A stretch of 64,000 nt of DNA, from the NCBI GenBank assembly GCA_963711835.1, contig CAVQFQ010000016.1, positions 86,359 to 150,358 on the forward strand, written 5' to 3'. A program made the position numbers and the translations under genes. Numbering within the stretch: position 1 is the first letter of the stretch; each line of letters opens with the position of its first letter. Below, piece after piece: positions 9,612-19,798 of the stretch. The stretch is from an uncultured delta proteobacterium. GTDB taxonomy: Bacteria; Desulfobacterota; RBG-13-43-22. A model generated the notes under the pieces. The model searched no databases and was not told the origin of the DNA. It saw only the letters and a list, made by a program, of their open reading frames with translations.

Positions 9612-10697
9612 TCAATGAATCAAAGGCAGGGATACTTTGGAAGCCAGGCGACCGTAAAGACGCCGCAGGACAAATTTAAAGAGAAAGAGAGGATGTTTGA
9701 CCCAGCGGGCGGTGAAAAGAGAACGGCCGGGGGCAAGGCCATAGTAAAGGTGGAGCCACCATTCCGAGGGAAAGAGGGTTTCCTTTAAAAATCCCCAAAG
9801 CCCTAAGTTCTTCCATTGCCGGAAGGTGATGCGGGGCCAGCCCTTGAATTCCTGTCCTATGTCTTTAGGGGCCTCCCCCGGTTTGATGGAAAACCGCTTG
9901 ACCAGTTTTTCAGAAAGAGGGCTGAGGCAGTGAAACAGGGATAGGATTCCCTGGAGGGAGGGAAGCATTTGAATCAATCGCTCCCAGTCCATCTCGTCCT
10001 CAAACTGCTCACTTATATTTATCAAATCGGTTAAAGCGATGAGCCGGGCCTGTTCGACGGCCATGTGCCGGTAGATATGTCGGAACATATCCTCCAGGGC
10101 CAGGGTGTGGGCCGTGAGCCCTTCGAAAGAAAATGGCCTGGCCCTGGCCATAAGATCGTCCACCAAAGGTTGCCCGGGGTCCCATTCCTCTTCAATAAGG
10201 CTAAAATGGACCTCCAGGGTCATTTCATAGCCGCTTACGCGGGAGGTAAGGGCCGGAAGGTGCTTTGAAGATCTGGGCTTTTTTAATTCGGCAGGATGGA
10301 CGGTAAAGCCCAAGTCGCCCAGCAGGATTTCCATGACCGGGGCCTGGCTGGGATGGACCAGCAGATCCAGATCGCGCATGGGGCGCAGACCCGGTTCCGG
10401 ATAGACCAGATGGAATAAGGCGGCCCCCTTGAGCAGGATCAACTGCACCCCGGCCTTTTCACAGGCTGGTATAATTTTGGTCAGAAGACCGGTGCGGATC
10501 TGGTTGGCCTGGCGGTGACGCAAGGTGAGGGCCTGCAGTTGACGGCGAGTAGTTTCGGGAATTTCAAGGCCGGCATTACGGCAGTGGAAATAAAAAAGGG
10601 GGGCCATCCCCTGCTCTTCGGCAAAGGGGATGAGATTTACCCATTGGGAGAATCCCTGGAATTGTTCTTTTAATAACAGACCCTGCACCCGGTCCAA
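9612..10697 (-). CDS. Nucleotidyltransferase family protein (NTP_transf_5-like)
   Basis: LLKGAAL...YPEPGLRPMRDLDLLV and LEVH motifs; start uncertain because the frame stays open upstream (ILIPCARSKL). Confidence 0.85.
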   Translation of the reverse strand: MDRVQGLLLKEQFQGFSQWVNLIPFAEEQGMAPLFYFHCRNAGLEIPETTRRQLQALTLRHRQANQIRTGLLTKIIPACEKAGVQLILLKGAALFHLVYPEPGLRPMRDLDLLVHPSQAPVMEILLGDLGFTVHPAELKKPRSSKHLPALTSRVSGYEMTLEVHFSLIEEEWDPGQPLVDDLMARARPFSFEGLTAHTLALEDMFRHIYRHMAVEQARLIALTDLINISEQFEDEMDWERLIQMLPSLQGILSLFHCLSPLSEKLVKRFSIKPGEAPKDIGQEFKGWPRITFRQWKNLGLWGFLKETLFPSEWWLHLYYGLAPGRSLFTARWVKHPLFLFKFVLRRLYGRLASKVSLPLIH

Positions 10698-10762
10698 CTT
10701 CGACCGGGCACAGGGTATTAAAATCTTAAACAGTGATTCCGTCTTAGTAAAGAAAGCGGCAA

Positions 10763-11371
10763 TTACCTGCGGCGCATCGGTGATTTTTGACCACCAATTA
10801 TTGAACGGATACCGCTAGTTGGCGTAATCGTCCCCACTGGAAACTCAACGTTACAGATGTTGTAACCGGTTGACGTACTTGCAGCAGTTAAAGTTATCGT
10901 AAAAGTTTGGGTAATGGCCCGGGCTTTTACCCGGACCGTACACGGGGTAGAGGTGGCGGGGACAGCGTCGCTACTATAATAGACGAGGTATATCTGGTAG
11001 ATGCCAGCCGCCGTATTATTGATGGGAACAAAGATGTTCTCGGGGCCAAGCCCGCAGGTATTATCAAAGTCTAACGTTGCTGTTGGTCCAACTTTATTTG
11101 CATAATAAACATGAGCTCCAAGCGGTTCGATGACATGAAGGTCAATATCAACCGACGAACCTACACAGGTTGGATCTCCGGTAGTCCAGGTCAAAGTGGC
11201 CTGAAAATCACCGGTCCCCAAAGAGGCCTGGGCAAAGGCCGGCAGGGCGCCTATGCCGACTACGGGCTTTTCCCAGCCGGGCAATAGGGAAATGGTCGTG
11301 GCCCCGGCGGCGGCGGATAAAACTTTAAGAGCCTTACGACGTGACATGGATTGGTCTTTTGGTTCGCTCAT
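10763..11371 (-). CDS. Tat-signal secreted protein with WxxPxV...LPAxAQAS leader and YfaP/DUF2135-like domain
   Basis: SRRKALK twin-arginine motif; LTW...DIDLHVIEP...LDFDN..G.GPENI domain; Thr/Ser-rich; strong AAGGAGG RBS. Confidence 0.8.
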   Translation of the reverse strand: MSEPKDQSMSRRKALKVLSAAAGATTISLLPGWEKPVVGIGALPAFAQASLGTGDFQATLTWTTGDPTCVGSSVDIDLHVIEPLGAHVYYANKVGPTATLDFDNTCGLGPENIFVPINNTAAGIYQIYLVYYSSDAVPATSTPCTVRVKARAITQTFTITLTAASTSTGYNICNVEFPVGTITPTSGIRSIIGGQKSPMRRR

Positions 11372-11514
11372 CGTATCCTCCTTTAAAAAAATAGTTGTAC
11401 CTATTAGAATTTAAAATATAACCTTTCAGGCTTCTTTATATTAAAATCAACTAAAAATCAAGTCAAATTTTTGAAAAGTATACATTTTTTTTAAATCCTT
11501 CTTGGGATCCCTTG

Positions 11515-11708
11515 GTATCTCTTCCCCTCTCCGAGGCGGGATTGAGGGCAAGGGATTGAGGCCGATCAAACAACCTATTTGACAGCGGACCCGAAAAAAA
11601 ACTATAGTTCTTTTTCGGCCATAAAAACCCTCTGTCCATTTTCACTAACACGCTTGTATCTCTTCCCCTGCCCGATGGGCACGAAGGGAAGGGAAATTAA
11701 GGGGGAAA
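11515..11708. repeat. Two REP-like direct repeats (GTATCTCTTCCCCT...GGG(C/A)AGGGA)
   Basis: GTATCTCTTCCCCT at ~11516 and ~11656, each followed by a complementary G-rich arm. Confidence 0.55.
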
Positions 11709-11785
11709 GGTGTTTATTATAGGATCCGGGCTGATAACTATTATTTTTTAATAAATCCAAACTCTTACGATAATTTTAGCGCATT

Positions 11786-12457
11786 ATGGAGATCGTCCGA
11801 TTAGAAGAAGTTTCTAAAGAATATGTTCTTAAGGGAGAAACCATCCGGGTTTTAAGCCGGGTATCGTTTACCGTCCAATCCGGAGAATTTGTGGCCCTCA
11901 TGGGACCCTCGGGGAGCGGGAAAACCACCCTGCTGCACCTGATCGGCTGTGTGGATCTGCCCACCTCGGGCCGCATCAGCCTGGGAGGCCAGGAAACCTC
12001 AGCCTTAAACCCGGCCCGGTTGGCGGAGATTCGATTAAATCGGCTGGGCTTTATATTCCAGGCCTTCAATTTATTACCGGCCATGACGGTCCTGGATAAT
12101 TGCGCCTATCCCTTGATTCTACAGGGGGTCCCTTTTCGGGAAAGAAAGCAGAGGGTGGAGGCCATGCTTTCCCGGGTGGGCCTGGCCCATCGTCTGAAAC
12201 ACAGGCCCGAAGACCTCTCGGGAGGGGAGCAGCAAAGGGCGGCCATTGCCCGGGCCTTGGTCACCCGACCGCTCTTGGTCCTGGCCGATGAACCGACGGC
12301 CCACCTGGATGCCGAAACCGGCCAGGAGATCATCGACCTGATGTACCGCCTGAACCGGGAGGAAAAGATAACCTTTCTATTCGCCACCCACGACCCGGCC
12401 ATCCTGACCCAGGCCGGTCGTATCCTCAAACTGTCCCAGGGGAGAATTACAGAGTAG
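11786..12457 (+). CDS. ABC transporter ATP-binding protein (LolD-like)
   Basis: GPSGSGKTT, LSGGEQQR, LADEPT, ATHD. Confidence 0.93.
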   Translation: MEIVRLEEVSKEYVLKGETIRVLSRVSFTVQSGEFVALMGPSGSGKTTLLHLIGCVDLPTSGRISLGGQETSALNPARLAEIRLNRLGFIFQAFNLLPAMTVLDNCAYPLILQGVPFRERKQRVEAMLSRVGLAHRLKHRPEDLSGGEQQRAAIARALVTRPLLVLADEPTAHLDAETGQEIIDLMYRLNREEKITFLFATHDPAILTQAGRILKLSQGRITE

Positions 12458-12485
12458 TACTAATGTCTCTTCCGAATTTTTCGGG

Positions 12486-13967
<1,482 letters not shown>

Positions 13968-13968
<1 letters not shown>

Positions 13969-14921
13969 CAGGGTCCTTTCTTGGCCGGCGCAGGTTCGTT
14001 TTTTTCCTCCCAGACCTCAGGCCCCTGGGGGATCTTTTTGATAAACCCCGGGTCCAAAAAGAGGGTTTCCCGGTGGATAGGACTGCGGGTCGGGAGGCCT
14101 TTTTCAGCCGTCCCGGCCCCAATGATCAGGGTCTCTTCTTTCTTTTCCTTTTCGCCGCCCAGGAGGCGGATCCGGAGCCTGGGCTTTTTAAATCCCCAGT
14201 CAGGCTCTTCCTCTCCCGGTTCCGCAAATCCTTTGGCCTGGGTCAAGAGGAGGTCCGATAGGAAAGAGGCGACCTTTTCCTTAGCCAGTGTCCGATTCGG
14301 CTTTTCTTTGGAGATCCAGCCTTTGCTTCCCTTCTCAAGAAAAAACCTTTTTCCATCGGAGGAAATTTCAAATCCATGGATCTGCTCGGAGGCAAAAGAA
14401 AAAATCTTTTTGGATCTCAAAGCGAAGAGATCCCGATCCAGTTCCTTTATCTGGGAACTGTCGACCAGGAAAAGGGAAGGAGACCGGGAGGTCTTGACAT
14501 AAAAGGCATTGCCGACGGCATTTTTAGCGCCGATTCGTATTTCCTCACCCTTTCCCTGGGCCTGATAGGAAATAATCAGCCCGGGGGAATCCAATCCGAA
14601 TTCCTTCAGGTTTTGAATCGGCTCGGTTAGTACGCGCTCCGGTCTGAGGCCGGTCAGTCCTTGAAGGATCTCTTCCAAAACCGGGGTATCAGCCGCTAAG
14701 GCCAGAGGTGTGACGATTTCCCAGCCTTTACCCTTTTTAATCCGTATGATTTCCTCTCCTCTTTTCCATTGAACCTCCTCCAGCGCAGCTGCAGAAAGAG
14801 GAAAAAGAAGAGGATTTTTCTCTTCCCTGGGGGCCTGGGGCCGGAAGAACCGGGTGGCCGCCAAAAACCCGGCGATGACCAAAAGGATTACCAGATAAAC
14901 CCAGAGTTTTTTTAGGTTCAA
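13968..14921 (-). CDS. DUF4340-like periplasmic protein
   Basis: N-terminal TM, LKEFGLDSP and I.IG motifs; TTG start at a TTGA overlap with GAGGAG RBS. Confidence 0.75.
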
Positions 14922-16318
14922 CGGGCCCGGCTCCTCTTTTTCCAGACTGCCAGGCCGGCTGTTACGATTAGAAGAGGGAGTAGGACCAAAGGGACCCAAA
15001 AGAGCACCTTGGCCTGGGCGGCAGTCAAGGATAAAGGCTTGACCGGGGTTTTAGCCGGACGGATGGCTATTAATTGTTCCTCTTCGGTCAGGAAATTTAC
15101 GGTATTTAAAAAAAGGTCCCCGTTTCCGGAAAGATTGAAGGTGCCGTTGCCTGCAAAATCCGAATCCCCGAAAACAGCCAGCCGGCCTTTTAACGGTTTT
15201 TGTTCCTTCTCAGCGCTCCCCACAGGTTGACCTTGATTTCCCGGGGCGTTCAGAGTGAGCAGGACCGCTAAAGTTAGGGGCCCCTGACGATCCTGACCGG
15301 CATCGAAGGTTGCCTCCCCTTTTTCGATCTTAGCTTTATTGCTCTCGGCCCAGCTTCCGGAAGAAGAGCGAACCAAAACATCGGAACGAACCCCCGGGGG
15401 TAGCGGGGAGGACAGGGTTAGGGGGCGGGCGCTGGGATAGAAAGTGGCCACGGTGAATTTTTCGGTGATCGGATGCTGCCCGTAGGAACCGGCCATAGGG
15501 ATGAGGTAATCCCCTCCGAATAAACGGCTGACTTTATCGATCAGGATCTCGTTGGATAACATTAACCCGTAGCTTTTCAGCCATTCCGTTAATCCGCCAT
15601 CCCTAAAAGGCTCCAGCAGCAGGATGAGGCTTCCCCCGCCGGCCAGATAGTTTCTCAGATCCTGGAGTTCTTCGCCAAAAAAAGGCTTTTGGGGTCCGGC
15701 AATCACCAGGCAAGCGGTTTCGGGCGGAAGACCGCCGGCCAGGAGATTAACTTCCTCCACCCGGTAGTTTTCCTTTTCCAAAAGCCCCTTGGCCAGAGAA
15801 AAGCCCTGGCGCTGGGTTTCATTAAGACTTTTTTCACCATGCCCGGTGGTAAAGACCACTTTTTTGACCTTGTTTTGCATCAGTCGAAGGAGGCCGCCGG
15901 TAATCCCTTCCTCATCGGCCGAGGACACATTCCGGGTCTTCCCTCCGGACTCCAGGACCAGGGTCCCGTAATTGCGAACGCCGAATTGTTGGGCCTGGGC
16001 CGGCTGACGGTCCGGGTCGATGAAGAGATAACGGATGCGGGGATTGCTGTAGACGTAGGTATCCAGCAAAGCCTGGGCCTTCTTCTTGCCTGGATTTCCT
16101 TCCTGGAAAAAGGCCCGGATCATTACCTCCCGGTTAATTGATTTGACGATCCTTTGGGACTGAGGGGAAATGGAATGCCTTTGCCCCTCGCTGACATCCC
16201 ATCTCAAAGGGAAGCGGTGGATAATCAGGGTCAGGCCTATTAGAATAGCCAAAAAGACCAGGGTCAAGGCCGTTAAAAAAGAACCCTCTTTCCATTTTGA
16301 TTGTGTTATTGATGTCAT
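14918..16318 (-). CDS. GldG-like ABC auxiliary component
   Basis: RWDVS...SISPQS, IDPD, GHGEK, FGDSDF, GNGDLFLN, C-terminal TM; start uncertain. Confidence 0.85.
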   Translation of the reverse strand: MTSITQSKWKEGSFLTALTLVFLAILIGLTLIIHRFPLRWDVSEGQRHSISPQSQRIVKSINREVMIRAFFQEGNPGKKKAQALLDTYVYSNPRIRYLFIDPDRQPAQAQQFGVRNYGTLVLESGGKTRNVSSADEEGITGGLLRLMQNKVKKVVFTTGHGEKSLNETQRQGFSLAKGLLEKENYRVEEVNLLAGGLPPETACLVIAGPQKPFFGEELQDLRNYLAGGGSLILLLEPFRDGGLTEWLKSYGLMLSNEILIDKVSRLFGGDYLIPMAGSYGQHPITEKFTVATFYPSARPLTLSSPLPPGVRSDVLVRSSSGSWAESNKAKIEKGEATFDAGQDRQGPLTLAVLLTLNAPGNQGQPVGSAEKEQKPLKGRLAVFGDSDFAGNGTFNLSGNGDLFLNTVNFLTEEEQLIAIRPAKTPVKPLSLTAAQAKVLFWVPLVLLPLLIVTAGLAVWKKRSRAR

Positions 16319-16383
16319 TTTGAAATCCAGCCACCGCGGCCTTTCTTCCAAAAATGGAGAAAAAAGGCGCCGGGATAATGGCC

Positions 16384-17154
16384 TTATCCTCGAATTTTCT
16401 GCGAATCCAAGTAGCGCAGGGTCAGGAAAATGAAAAAAGCCGAGAAACTGATATAAAAAAAGAAATCCCGGGTATCCCAAATCCCTTTGGTAAAGGAGTC
16501 GAGATGCTCCGTAACCGAGATATAGGTGACCACCTTATTGACGATCGGACCGGAGACCGAACCGACCCATCCGATAATATAGAAAAAAAGCAAAGCCCCA
16601 AAACCCAACACGGCGGCAATGATTTGATTTTGGGTCAGGGATGAAACAAAAAGACCCAGGGAGATAAAGCCGGCCACCATCAAGACCAGGCCGGCGTAGC
16701 CGGTCAGGATCATTCCCCATTCCAGATCCCCAAACCAGGACAGCAGGACCAGATAGAGGGAGGTCAGGGCCAGCAGAATCATGATAATCATCAAGGTAGC
16801 CAAAAACTTGCCCAGGATAATCGACACCTCCCGCAAGGGATAGGTCAGCAGAAGTTCAATGGTGCCGTTTTTCTTTTCTTCGGCCAGTAAACGCATGGTC
16901 AATAAAGGGATGATCAAAAGAAGAAGAATGCTCATGTCGTCGAATAAAGGTTTGATGACCATCTCATTCAGATTAACCGGGCCGGCCGAAAAGGGATTTT
17001 GGGCAGCCTGGAAACTGATCAGGCTGAAGTAGGCCACCGCGGTATAGAAGAAATAGCCGCTTAAAAGCAAGAAGATCGTCCCCACCACATAGAAAATCGG
17101 CGAGGCGAAGAAGGTGTAGAGCTCCCGCTGGAAAACAGCCCGGAATCCTCTCAT
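16384..17154 (-). CDS. GldF-like ABC-2 permease
   Basis: REL..FFASP, PLLTMRLLAEEKKNGTIELLLTYP. Confidence 0.9.
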   Translation of the reverse strand: MRGFRAVFQRELYTFFASPIFYVVGTIFLLLSGYFFYTAVAYFSLISFQAAQNPFSAGPVNLNEMVIKPLFDDMSILLLLIIPLLTMRLLAEEKKNGTIELLLTYPLREVSIILGKFLATLMIIMILLALTSLYLVLLSWFGDLEWGMILTGYAGLVLMVAGFISLGLFVSSLTQNQIIAAVLGFGALLFFYIIGWVGSVSGPIVNKVVTYISVTEHLDSFTKGIWDTRDFFFYISFSAFFIFLTLRYLDSQKIRG

Positions 17155-18092
17155 CCCTCACCTCCCGGCTCTTCCGTAACCAATTGAACAAATATTTCCT
17201 CCAGGCTCAATTCCCGGCCGGCCATTTCCAACAATCCCCAGCCCTGATCAACCACGATTTTGGCCAGCTGGGAGCGGACGTCTTGGTCCTTATTCATCTC
17301 GACTACGAATTTGCCGGACCCGGGTTCCATGATTTCCGCCCGCAGGATTCCCGGTTGCACCGTTAAGACCCTGAGCACGTCCTCCTCCGGACCCTGAATA
17401 GTCACGTGAATGACCCTGGCGGTCTGCAATTGGGCCGTCAGGTTGGAAACGGTATCGGTGGCCACGATCTTTCCCCGATTTAAGATTATGACCCGCTGGC
17501 AGATCTGGCTCACCTCCGGAAGGATATGGGTGCTGATTAAGATGGTCCTTTCCTGCCCCAGCGATTTGATGAGCTGGCGGATCTCAATAACCTGAGCCGG
17601 ATCCAATCCAATGGTGGGCTCATCGAGGATCAGTACCGGTGGATCATTTAAGAGGGCCTGGGCCAGGCCGACCCTTTGTTTAAAACCCTTTGAGAGATGG
17701 CCTATGATGCGTCCCCGGACCGATTCCAAGCCGCATTCCTCGGCCACCTTGTCCATCGCCGGTCCGACTTCACGGGGAGCCATCCCTTTGGCCTGGGCTG
17801 CGAAGGACAGAAAAGCCTTGACGGTCATTTCCATGTAGAGGGGATTATTTTCAGGCAGGTAGCCTACCTGAGAACGAACCTTAAGGGAATCCTTATGGAC
17901 ATCTAGGCCATTGACCCGGACTTGACCGGAAGTGGGAGGCAGAAAACAGGTCAGGATCTTGAGGGTGGTGGTTTTGCCGGCCCCGTTCGGACCTAAAAAC
18001 CCGACTACCTCGCCCTGGCTTATGGAAAAGGTAAGGTCGGATATGGCAGGCAAAAAGCCATAATATTTGGTTAACTGGTCAACTTCAATCAT
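17151..18092 (-). CDS. GldA-like ABC ATP-binding protein
   Basis: GPNGAGKTT, LSKGFKQR, LDEPT. Confidence 0.93.
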   Translation of the reverse strand: MIEVDQLTKYYGFLPAISDLTFSISQGEVVGFLGPNGAGKTTTLKILTCFLPPTSGQVRVNGLDVHKDSLKVRSQVGYLPENNPLYMEMTVKAFLSFAAQAKGMAPREVGPAMDKVAEECGLESVRGRIIGHLSKGFKQRVGLAQALLNDPPVLILDEPTIGLDPAQVIEIRQLIKSLGQERTILISTHILPEVSQICQRVIILNRGKIVATDTVSNLTAQLQTARVIHVTIQGPEEDVLRVLTVQPGILRAEIMEPGSGKFVVEMNKDQDVRSQLAKIVVDQGWGLLEMAGRELSLEEIFVQLVTEEPGGEG

Positions 18093-18296
18093 GGCCGGTC
18101 AGGATTTAGACGCACTATTCCCTTTTCCTAATTTGAGCTGGGTATTTATTAGTCATTTCAGTTACGGTTGTCAAGTTCGGCCTTGATTTTTAAGGATTTT
18201 TTTCCGATGAATGTGGTAGAATAACATCCCGGCGATCAGAAGGCCATGACCTTCCCGCCTGACGGGAAAATTTTTTTTAAAACGAAAGCCGTTTTT

Positions 18297-19391
18297 ATGC
18301 AAGACATTTATCAGGAAATCCTAAAAGAACTCTCCCAAGGTCGGGATTTCATCCTGGCCACTATCATCGACCAGAAGGGCTCGGCCCCTCGAACCCAGGG
18401 AACCAAATTTTTGATTCGATCGGACGGCCGTTTTAGCGGGACCATCGGCGGGGGCCGGCTGGAGGCCGATGTCTTAAAAGCTGCCCCGGAGGTATTTAAA
18501 AAGAAGAAGAATAAAATCCTCCCCTTTCGGCTCAAGGGGGAAGAAGTGGCCCAGACCGACATGATCTGCGGTGGAGAAGTGGATGTCTATCTGGAGCTTT
18601 TTTTGAGCGAAAACCCCGGCCATCTGAATTTCTTCCGGGAAGTTCAAACCCTTCGGGAGCAGGGCCGCGAGGTCGTACTGGCTACCTGGGTGGAAGATGG
18701 TGCGGCGGCGGAAAGAGAGGACCTGAATTGGATAGGCCCCCTTAGTGATGAAGGGCCTCAGGAGGAGGGGAGGACCCGGCCTTTCTGGGTCCGGCCCCTT
18801 TTGGAAGCCCTTCCTGGGATAAGCCGGGCCAACCAACCCCTTCTTCAAACTCTTTTGGTAAAAGGTGAGCCCCAAAAAATTTACCTGGAACCCTTACCGG
18901 TCCCCTCCTTTCTTTATGTTTTCGGGGCCGGTCACATCTCCCTTTTCCTTTGTCCTTTGGCTAAAATGGTCGGTTTTCAAGTAGCGGTCTTTGATGACCG
19001 GCCGGAGTTTGCCAATCGGGAGCGGTTTCCGGAAGCGGATGAGATCGTCGCTCGGCCCTTCGAAGAGGCTTTGCAGGACTATCCCTTCAGTGCCAACAGC
19101 TTTTTTGTCATTGTCACCCGAGGCCATCTGCATGACCACCAGGTCCTGGGCCGGGTTTTAAAAAAACCCCACCGCTATGTCGGTATGATCGGCAGCCGGC
19201 ATAAAAGGGCGGTGGTCTTCAAGGCCTTAAGGGAAGAAGGGGTCTCCGAAGAAGAATTGAAAACCGTTCATGCCCCCATAGGGCTGGACATCAACGGCGA
19301 AACCCCGGAGGAAATCGCCGTTTCGATCGCCGCCGAACTGATTCAGGTTCGCGGGCAGGGCCGGGTCGGGAAGAAAAACTGGAAAGTCTAA
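18297..19391 (+). CDS. XdhC/CoxI family molybdoenzyme accessory protein
   Basis: GSAPR, GTIGGG, MICGG, FGAGH, DDRPEF, TRGH, YVGMIGS, PIGLDI; alternative start 18246. Confidence 0.92.
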   Translation: MQDIYQEILKELSQGRDFILATIIDQKGSAPRTQGTKFLIRSDGRFSGTIGGGRLEADVLKAAPEVFKKKKNKILPFRLKGEEVAQTDMICGGEVDVYLELFLSENPGHLNFFREVQTLREQGREVVLATWVEDGAAAEREDLNWIGPLSDEGPQEEGRTRPFWVRPLLEALPGISRANQPLLQTLLVKGEPQKIYLEPLPVPSFLYVFGAGHISLFLCPLAKMVGFQVAVFDDRPEFANRERFPEADEIVARPFEEALQDYPFSANSFFVIVTRGHLHDHQVLGRVLKKPHRYVGMIGSRHKRAVVFKALREEGVSEEELKTVHAPIGLDINGETPEEIAVSIAAELIQVRGQGRVGKKNWKV

Positions 19392-19411
19392 CCAAAGCTA
19401 TTTGAAATTTT

Positions 19412-19709
19412 GAGTTTGTCCCAACGTTACGTGATTTTTAAGCACTCCATTCATAGAGGGCTTCGGGGGTCTTGATTTCAAGGTTGTCCAAAAGGTAATC
19501 CGTAGCCCCAACCCGGCCCTAATTTCTAAGTTGGTTGGGAGCCGGGCATTCATCCCGCCGAAGACGGGACTTTGGTGTTGGCCTGTTTCTAAACCCCATT
19601 ATAAACTTCCTGCCCGGGTTCAGGCTGCCGGCGTTTTGGTGGACAATCCTTGAAATCAAGACCCCTGAAGCCCTTCGGTTTGAGAATCACGTAACTTTGG
19701 GACTCTCCC
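19412..19709. mobile_element. MITE family A copy 1 (298 bp)
   Basis: Imperfect terminal IRs GAGTTTGTCCCAACGTTACGTGATT / GGGAGAGTCCCAAAGTTACGTGATT; 8-bp TSD GAAATTTT (19404-19411, 19710-19717); inner IRs 19457-19489 and 19641-19674. Confidence 0.88.
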
Positions 19710-19798
19710 GAAATTTTTCTCTATCGTTGATGGGTATGATGGTTGAAAGCAAGAGATAAATTCTCAAAACAGGCCGTATAAGCAACTAAGGAGAGGAC

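Noticed and set aside
9011-9679. 222-aa plus-strand ORF
   Set aside because: Antisense shadow of the kinase and PqqD genes, running across a repeat; no motifs
8360-11371. Lasso peptide or PQQ biosynthesis cluster
   Set aside because: No AsnB-like cyclase, B2 peptidase, short precursor or pqqA/B/C/E genes in the window
19535-19759. Similar short ORFs in MITE copies (also 48182-48388, 48201-48422)
   Set aside because: Frame is broken in copy 2 (extra base at CCCCACTTATA) and ends differ; similarity only reflects the DNA repeat
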